The translations under genes and the position numbers were made by a program. This document shows positions 57,507-64,000 of a stretch of 64,000 bases of DNA, piece after piece. A model generated the notes under the pieces. The model was not told the origin of the DNA and ran no database searches. It saw nothing but the letters and a program-made list of their open reading frames with translations. Positions within the stretch are counted from its first letter, which is position 1, and each line of letters opens with the position of its first letter. The stretch lies in contig OZ242180.1 in the NCBI GenBank assembly GCA_965205485.1, positions 2,368,001 to 2,432,000 on the forward strand. Direction: 5' to 3'. Origin of the DNA: Candidatus Latescibacterota bacterium. GTDB taxonomy: Bacteria > Latescibacterota > UBA2968 > GCA-2709665.

Positions 57507-58361
57507 ATGGCGTATCCGAATCTGAAGCAGTCCGTCTGGCTGATGGTCTTGCTTGTGGTGGCAACGAGCGCGCTGGGGATGATGCTTCATTTCCTCGGCG
57601 CCGCGTCGGACAATGAAACACGAATCTTCGAATACCTGGGATGGATTCTAAACCTTCCCGTTTTCGCTCTACTCGTGTTATATGCGCAGCGTCGATCCGG
57701 TCGGCCCTGGTCGGACGTCCTGCTCTTAAGGACAGTACCGTGGAAAATGTACCTCCCACTTACTGTCTCGATCCTGGGATTCGGCATTGTCATATCCGAC
57801 CTTGCAACCTTCGTGCAATATCTGATTCCAATTCCCAAAGTATACCTCGAGATATTCCTTGATCTAATGGGGAGCAAAACACCTCTTGGTCTCGCGTTTT
57901 ATGTTCTCGCGATTCACGCGCCGCTTACCGAGGAAGTTCTCTGCAGAGGCGTTATTCTTGGCGGGCTGTTAGCCAACGGTACCCGCCGGCGTGCTATTTT
58001 TTGGTCTGCAGTGCTGTTCGCCGCGATGCATATGAATCCATGGCAGTTTCCAGGATCCTTGATACTGGGTCTTGTATTCGCGTGGTGGGTCGTACAGACA
58101 GGTTCTTTGCTGCCTGCGTTATTCGGTCACGCTCTGAACAATTTTCTGTCGTTGATTTCGGTGCGTATGGAGATATTCCGTCCTATCGAGGATTGGGGTG
58201 TTGTGGAGTTTCTGCCATGGTGGCTGCTTGTGTGCGGTATTGTACTGGCTGCGGTCGGTCTGCGGTGGTTCAATCAAATGGCAAAACGCGAAGGGACGCC
58301 GCTGGCTCCACCGGCTGAACCGGAGCCGGTCGTAACGGCGGTGGCCGAGAAATCAGTCTGA
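57507..58361 (+). CDS. CPBP (CAAX/Abi) intramembrane glutamic endopeptidase
   Basis: APLTEEVLCRG, FAAMH, GHALNN. Confidence 0.92.
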   Translation: MAYPNLKQSVWLMVLLVVATSALGMMLHFLGAASDNETRIFEYLGWILNLPVFALLVLYAQRRSGRPWSDVLLLRTVPWKMYLPLTVSILGFGIVISDLATFVQYLIPIPKVYLEIFLDLMGSKTPLGLAFYVLAIHAPLTEEVLCRGVILGGLLANGTRRRAIFWSAVLFAAMHMNPWQFPGSLILGLVFAWWVVQTGSLLPALFGHALNNFLSLISVRMEIFRPIEDWGVVEFLPWWLLVCGIVLAAVGLRWFNQMAKREGTPLAPPAEPEPVVTAVAEKSV

Positions 58362-58445
58362 CGGCGCAACACGCGGGGCGACACTCGACTTGGGTCCGGA
58401 TTGTTCGACTTGCCGGCATCTCCTCACCCAAACAGGAGGGAATAC

Positions 58446-59300
58446 ATGGCGTATCCGAATCTGAAGCAGTCGGTCTGGCTGCTGATCTTGTTTTTCCTGA
58501 TAAGCGCGGCACTGGGTGTACCGGTTGCCATCCTGGGTTTCATCCTGGACCAGACTTTGCACGGGAGTCCGTACGTAATCTGGCTATTAACGCTCATCAG
58601 TTTCGTTCTGGTGGCTGCTTACTCGAAGCGCCGAACAGATCGGACCTGGCGAAATATCCTGCAATTCAGGCCCGTATCCTGGCAACTGTCCCTGCCGCTC
58701 GGGGTGTCAATCATCGGCCTGGCAATCGTCGGTTCAGACCTGGGAAACCTCATGCGACATCTGATACCGGCACCTGAAATAATCGTCAACGCATTGAAGG
58801 AGCTGGCGGACAAGGAAAGTCCCTTTGGGCTGTCTTTTTATGTCATGGTGGTTCAGGCTCCCCTGACTGAGGAAATCCTCTTCAGAGGCATCATTCTCGG
58901 CGGCCTGCTGACCCACCGAACGCGGAACCGGGCGATCGTCTGGTCCGCGGTCATGTTTGCGCTGTTTCATGCGAACCCGTGGCAATTCCCGATCGCCCTG
59001 ATATTGGGGATCGTATTCGCGTGGTGGGTTGTTCAAACCGGGTCCCTGGTACCGGCGATTGCAGGGCATGCGCTGAACAATTTTCTGGCATTGACGGTTG
59101 CGCATCTGGAATTATTCGGACCGATTGATAGTCCCGATACGGTGGTGTACTATCCGTGGTGGTTGCTTGCCGGCGGTATCGTCCTGGCTGCGGTCGGCTT
59201 GCGGTGGTTCAATCAGATGGCAAAACGCGAAAGTTCATCGCTCGAAAACCGCGTTCAACCGGAGCAGGCCGATGCGCCTGATAACCGGGAACCGGTCTGA
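58446..59300 (+). CDS. CPBP (CAAX/Abi) intramembrane glutamic endopeptidase, tandem paralogue
   Basis: APLTEEILFRG, FALFH, GHALNN; same MAYPNLKQSVWL start. Confidence 0.92.
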   Translation: MAYPNLKQSVWLLILFFLISAALGVPVAILGFILDQTLHGSPYVIWLLTLISFVLVAAYSKRRTDRTWRNILQFRPVSWQLSLPLGVSIIGLAIVGSDLGNLMRHLIPAPEIIVNALKELADKESPFGLSFYVMVVQAPLTEEILFRGIILGGLLTHRTRNRAIVWSAVMFALFHANPWQFPIALILGIVFAWWVVQTGSLVPAIAGHALNNFLALTVAHLELFGPIDSPDTVVYYPWWLLAGGIVLAAVGLRWFNQMAKRESSSLENRVQPEQADAPDNREPV

Positions 59301-59638
59301 TGGCGAGATTCGAAAGGATGTTTCCGCCAAGGCCATCGTATACGATCCTGTTCCGTAGAAGAGATGAGGTCTGAAGAGCCATGCCCGCCATCCATCAATC
59401 TTCCCGCGTCGCTGCCGGCGTCCGTCGGCATCCCCGCATCGCCATTCCGAAGTCGACGAATGTGTTGCAGGATGCAACGGCAAATGGGTATCATGGAGGG
59501 AGTCGTGACGTAGGTTCACGGATGTTGTGGAAACGGGATTCTTCGTGCCCGGAAGGTCGGGCCCGATCCCAAAAAACGCTCGCCGGACGCGGAATCAGTT
59601 CCTCCATACGGCTTCATCGCGGCCGTCCGCGCCGGCGA

Positions 59639-60850
59639 ATGAGTGAATCGGCAATGGTTCCTCGAAAAAGACTCGATATCGGCTGGCGCGATCTCCTCTT
59701 CGGTATGCGCCGATGCCTCTCCGGCGACCGGCGCGAGGAAGGCCATGCCGTTTGCCGGGAGAGTACCGGAGACACCGACGAGGCCATTTTCTTTCTTTCG
59801 CTTCGCAGCGGCTTCGATGCCTGTCTCCGGGAAGCCCGGTTTCCTCGCGGTTCGCACATCCTGGTGTCCGCCATCACCATTCCCGATATACTCGAAATCA
59901 TCCGGAGTCACGGACTCGTGCCCATTCCGGTCGATCTGGATCCACTGACCCTTGAGCCCGATCCGGACAGTCTCAACAGCGGGCTGACGTCCAGAACCGT
60001 CGCGCTCCTGGCGACTCACCTGTTCGGCGCCCGAATCCCAATGGACCCGCTTGTTCGTTTCGCCAGAATGCACGGTCTCTTGCTGTTTGAAGATTGCGCA
60101 CAGGCGCATTGGGGTGACGGCTTCACAGGTCATCCTGACAGCGACGTACGCATGTTCAGTTTCGGACCGATCAAGTACCATACCGCGTTGGGCGGTGGCC
60201 TTCTCTTTGTGGGCGACCCTGATCTTCGTGGCAGAATCAGACGGCTGCATAGCAGTTATCCTGTGCAGAGCAAAGGCTGGTTCTTCCTGCGCCTGGCAAA
60301 ATACGGCGTTGTTCTCCTGCTCAACCGGCCGGGGCCGTATACCCTGCTATGCGCCGCGTGCCGCCTGTTGGGCAGGTCGCACGATGCCGTGGGATACCGC
60401 GCCACACGCGGTTTCAGAGGACTGGAACTGCTCAGGAAAATCCGTCGCCAGCCCTGTGGCGCCCTCCTGGATCTGCTGTCACGGCGTCTGCGTTCCAATG
60501 CCCTCAGGCCCATGGGTTGCCGCCCGGAAGCCCTGGCATTTCATCGCAGCGTTCCGGATCTCTGCTACCCGGGCCGAAGCGCGGATCACTCCTATTGGCT
60601 CTTCGTCGTCAGGGTCGGCAACGCGGCGGACCTGTGCCGGCGCCTCTGGAGCGCAGGCATTGACGCACATTTGTGGCCACCGTCCCTATGCGTGGTCAAG
60701 CCCGATCGTGATCTGCCAGGCCACGAGCCAACGTGCGCAATAGCGCTCGGGCCGCAACTCCTGTTCCTTCCCGTATACCCACTGGTGGGGCGGGTCCGCC
60801 TCGCCCACCTGAGCCGCATCGTGCGTCAACGGGCGCGGTCGCACGGATAA
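59639..60850 (+). CDS. DegT/DnrJ/EryC1/StrS-like PLP-dependent aminotransferase
   Basis: PIPVDLD, THLFG, FEDCAQA, FSFGPIK..TALGGG. Confidence 0.8.
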   Translation: MSESAMVPRKRLDIGWRDLLFGMRRCLSGDRREEGHAVCRESTGDTDEAIFFLSLRSGFDACLREARFPRGSHILVSAITIPDILEIIRSHGLVPIPVDLDPLTLEPDPDSLNSGLTSRTVALLATHLFGARIPMDPLVRFARMHGLLLFEDCAQAHWGDGFTGHPDSDVRMFSFGPIKYHTALGGGLLFVGDPDLRGRIRRLHSSYPVQSKGWFFLRLAKYGVVLLLNRPGPYTLLCAACRLLGRSHDAVGYRATRGFRGLELLRKIRRQPCGALLDLLSRRLRSNALRPMGCRPEALAFHRSVPDLCYPGRSADHSYWLFVVRVGNAADLCRRLWSAGIDAHLWPPSLCVVKPDRDLPGHEPTCAIALGPQLLFLPVYPLVGRVRLAHLSRIVRQRARSHG

Positions 60851-61064
60851 CGCGCCCGCCCGCCTTCTTCCTCCTGCCTGCCGTGAATCCTGCTCTGAAT
60901 CCTGATACAGGCGCCTGGATCTCCGTCCGAGACATCGCGAATCGTCGTCGGAAACTGGTTTTTCTGCCAGGGTCCGGATGTTATATTCGGTCGGATCGGT
61001 CAATGCTGCCCGCCCGGTCCAACCGCTCCGGAATCCCACACGAAAACCCAACGGAGGCAATCCC

Positions 61065-62924
61065 ATGTCTGGTACCAATACCGAAGCGATGGGTAACGGT
61101 TTTTTTCACCACGGCGTCGCCACGCCCGTCAGCAACCATCGCGGTACAGCTGTTGCCGTGGACGGCGAGGGCCGCAACGTGGTCCTGATCTGGCTTTACG
61201 ACCACCGGGGCGGATATGCGCTGCTGATGATCGATGCCGAAACCGGTAAGGCCGACGAATTCCCCATGCCCTTTCCGCCGGGCGGAGACTGTCCCTTTGC
61301 CGCCATCCTGTCCAGCCGTAACAGGTATTACACGCACTTCAACAGCCACTTTGTCGAATTCGACCCGGAGAAGCGCGCATTCACGTTCTTCCACAAGACC
61401 GTGCCGCAGATGGCCATGAGCATGACCGAGGACGACGGCGGCCGCATCTGGTCTGGAACCTATCCGAACAGCGCGGTGGCATCCTACAACCCCGGTACCG
61501 GCGAGTTCCGTGACTACGGTAACCTATACGACCAGAACTGGCGTCAGTATCCCCGGGCGATCGCCGCTGACGATACCGGCTGGATCTATTTCGGCGTCGG
61601 CAGCACGGCCAGTCAGATTATCTCGCTGGACCCGGAAAGCGGAAGGGCGGAGCCGCTCCTGGCGGAAGACGAACGGACGCATGCCCATGCACTTGTCTAT
61701 CGTGACCTGAACGGGAGAGTATACGGGCACACCAGCGGCGGATCGGAGGACGGTTGGATGGAATTGTACCGCGGCAGGCGGATGGACGTCGGCAGGATTG
61801 AGAACAGAAGTGAGAAACCGGTCATTGCCGGCAGTCAGGGGCTGTTCCACACGGATTTTCCCGACGGCAAACGCATGGTCTCCTGCAGCCTCGTGGAACG
61901 AACTCTGGCCGTTGAGGACCCCGGAACCGGCGAGATCCGCGAAGTGTCCTTCGACTACTCCAGCGAAGGCGCCCACATCATGGGCGTGGCCACGGCTCCG
62001 GACAATACCATCTGCGGCGGCACCGCGTTCCCCATGCACTTTTTCAGCTTCAACCCGGAAACCGGCAGCTGGATCAACCGACCGGCGCTGGGTCAATGGA
62101 ATACCGTCGCCAGAGAAGGCGACATGTTCTTCATCGGCGCCTATACCCACGGCCTGCTGGAGGCGTGGGACCCTGCCCGGCCATGGGTCCGCACCGAGCG
62201 CGACAAGGCCGGCTGCAACCCGGAACTGCTATACGAATGCCACGAGGTCATCAACCGCCCTCACATGCTGCTCGCCCATCCGGACGGAAGAACCGTAATA
62301 CTCGCCGGTACACCGGGGTACGGGCTTACCGGCGGCGGCCTGCTGTTCTGGAACAGGCAGACCCGCGAGCATACGCTGCTGGAACATACCGACATCCTGC
62401 CAAACCAGTCCACCATGAGCCTGGTTCCCCTGCCCGATGGCAGGCTCCTGGGCGGCACGACGACCAGCGCAGGCACGGGCGGGGAACAGAAGGCCGACGA
62501 AGCGGAACTCTATATTATAAACATGGAAACGAGGCGGCTCGATTGGCACGCGGTCGTCTTCCCCGGCGTGCAGGGTTATACCGATATGTGCTCGGGGCCG
62601 AACGGTGTGGTGTACGGCATCGCCGACCGCAGGCGCTTTTTCGTCTTCGATCCCGGCGACGGAAGGGTGGTCCACCAGCGGGAACTCGAGCCCGAATTCG
62701 GGCCCACGACGTCTCAACAGGGCCCGAGGGTTTTTGTTACCGCGCCGGACGGCGCCATTTTCATCCTCTTCACGAAGGGTATCGCTATCGTCGAACCCGA
62801 TACCCACGAAATACGGATGCTGGCTGAGTCGCCCGTGCCCGTAGGGCCGGGTGGCGACATCCTGGACGGTCGAATCTACTTCGGAAGCGGGTCCCACCTC
62901 TACAGCTATCAGGTATCGGAATAA
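61065..62924 (+). CDS. Hypothetical beta-propeller repeat protein
   Basis: GGAGG RBS; repeated DG.I..GT / YDP.TG blade-like motifs. Confidence 0.7.
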   Translation: MSGTNTEAMGNGFFHHGVATPVSNHRGTAVAVDGEGRNVVLIWLYDHRGGYALLMIDAETGKADEFPMPFPPGGDCPFAAILSSRNRYYTHFNSHFVEFDPEKRAFTFFHKTVPQMAMSMTEDDGGRIWSGTYPNSAVASYNPGTGEFRDYGNLYDQNWRQYPRAIAADDTGWIYFGVGSTASQIISLDPESGRAEPLLAEDERTHAHALVYRDLNGRVYGHTSGGSEDGWMELYRGRRMDVGRIENRSEKPVIAGSQGLFHTDFPDGKRMVSCSLVERTLAVEDPGTGEIREVSFDYSSEGAHIMGVATAPDNTICGGTAFPMHFFSFNPETGSWINRPALGQWNTVAREGDMFFIGAYTHGLLEAWDPARPWVRTERDKAGCNPELLYECHEVINRPHMLLAHPDGRTVILAGTPGYGLTGGGLLFWNRQTREHTLLEHTDILPNQSTMSLVPLPDGRLLGGTTTSAGTGGEQKADEAELYIINMETRRLDWHAVVFPGVQGYTDMCSGPNGVVYGIADRRRFFVFDPGDGRVVHQRELEPEFGPTTSQQGPRVFVTAPDGAIFILFTKGIAIVEPDTHEIRMLAESPVPVGPGGDILDGRIYFGSGSHLYSYQVSE

Positions 62925-64000
62925 GGCGGGTTCGGCCCGTTGTCCAGAAAGTCAGGAATCACCTCGTTTTCCGTGATCTGGTCCAGTGTCTGTCGTTTCC
63001 TGATCCGGTGCAGCGTGCCATCCGGGGCCTGCAGCACCTCGGCGGCCTCCGGAAAGGAGTTGTAGTTCTTCGATGCCATGCCGGAACAGTACGCGCCGGA
63101 TCCGCCCACCGCCAGCAGATCGCCCATCCTCGCCTCGGCGAGAAGCCGGGGTTTCAATCCTTCCGGATCTCCCGGCGCAGGGGTCAACACGTCTCCGCTC
63201 TCACAGCAATGGCCGGCAATCAGATATTCCCTCAGTGGCCGCGTCTCCGGCTGCGCGGGCACGGTCACAATCGGGTGCTGTGCGCCATAGAGGCTGATGC
63301 GCAATAGCTCGGTCATTCCCGCGTCTGCCTTCAGGAACTCGTACCCGTTCCTGCCGGTATCCACGCAATCGATGACCGAACAGATCAGCGCGCCAGCGTT
63401 GGCCACCAGAAAGGTGCCCGGCTCGACCTCCAGCCGCAGCTTGCGCCCATGTTCGGTTCCAAAGGCCCGGAACGCTTCGGTTACATGCATTCCGATCCGA
63501 TTCAGGTCGGTAGATGCCTCCCCTGCCATACGCCCTACCTTAAACCCGCCCCCGAGGCTCAGCACCTCCACCTCCGGCAGTAGTGCAGCGATCCGCAGAG
63601 AAATCATCGCGCAGTGCTCCCAGACCTCGGGATCGCTGCCCGAACCGATGTGGGTATGCATACTCGAAATCTTCAGATTGCAGGCTCCGGCAATGGCGAG
63701 TACCTGGTCCAGATACTCGTGCCAGATCCCGAAACTTGCGGATGGGCCACCCACGTTGGTCTTTTTGCTGTGCCCCGATCCCAGACCGGGGTTGATTCGT
63801 ACCGTTACGGAATGGCCCGGAAACAGGTCGCCGAAGTGCCTCAGTTGCTGCAGCGAACAGGCATTGAATATGACGCCCTGTCTCACCAGGAACTCCAGAT
63901 TCGGGGGCGTACGCTGTGCGGTGAGCTGGATCTGGTCCGGAGAAACGCCGGCCCGGATGGCGCGCTCCACTTCGTATCCGCTGCTGGCATCGATGTGCAG
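62909..64000 (-). CDS. lysA: Diaminopimelate decarboxylase (5' end outside the window)
   Basis: IDASSGYE, VRINPG, HTHIGSG, LGGG, EPG, GHCCESGD, GAYCSGM..NYN. Confidence 0.92.
   Translation of the reverse strand: MHIDASSGYEVERAIRAGVSPDQIQLTAQRTPPNLEFLVRQGVIFNACSLQQLRHFGDLFPGHSVTVRINPGLGSGHSKKTNVGGPSASFGIWHEYLDQVLAIAGACNLKISSMHTHIGSGSDPEVWEHCAMISLRIAALLPEVEVLSLGGGFKVGRMAGEASTDLNRIGMHVTEAFRAFGTEHGRKLRLEVEPGTFLVANAGALICSVIDCVDTGRNGYEFLKADAGMTELLRISLYGAQHPIVTVPAQPETRPLREYLIAGHCCESGDVLTPAPGDPEGLKPRLLAEARMGDLLAVGGSGAYCSGMASKNYNSFPEAAEVLQAPDGTLHRIRKRQTLDQITENEVIPDFLDNGPNPPYSDT

Noticed and set aside
59639..60850. DegT-like aminotransferase as a tailoring enzyme of the double-glycine peptides
   Set aside because: Separated by ~340 bp, and there is no partner glycosyltransferase or other link

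Overview
GC-rich bacterial chromosomal window with no rRNA, tRNA, CRISPR array or transposase that I can recognise. The WD40/dockerin-like, DUF5916 and GTAG-REP content suggests a Latescibacterota/Gemmatimonadota-like, possibly sponge-associated organism (inference only). The backbone is housekeeping and transport genes: PTS-IIA plus CPA2 antiporters, BCCT, a TonB receptor, dCMP deaminase, fetAB-like ABC, trmB, a selenocysteine-containing selD, an attEFGH-like ABC module and lysA. Two independent peptide-export (RiPP/bacteriocin) loci are embedded in it. (1) ~9.9-18.3 kb: NHLP-type HlyD, C39-PCAT and second ABC transporter, one NHLP precursor with a His/Asp/Trp-rich core, and a single uncharacterised candidate tailoring enzyme. 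The two promoters share an operator-like motif, and the PCAT start may need a CCC-UGA +1 frameshift. (2) ~47.6-59.3 kb: three small double-glycine precursors sharing an apparently new 37-41 aa leader family, two DUF3267 HEXXH membrane proteins (one frameshifted), cNMP-C39-PCAT, HlyD, a PpiC-type protein, a highly structured candidate ncRNA and two tandem CPBP/CAAX proteases. Both the precursor and protease units sit behind sigma54 promoters with a shared enhancer motif. All calls come from reading the sequence and recognising motifs; no searches were run.
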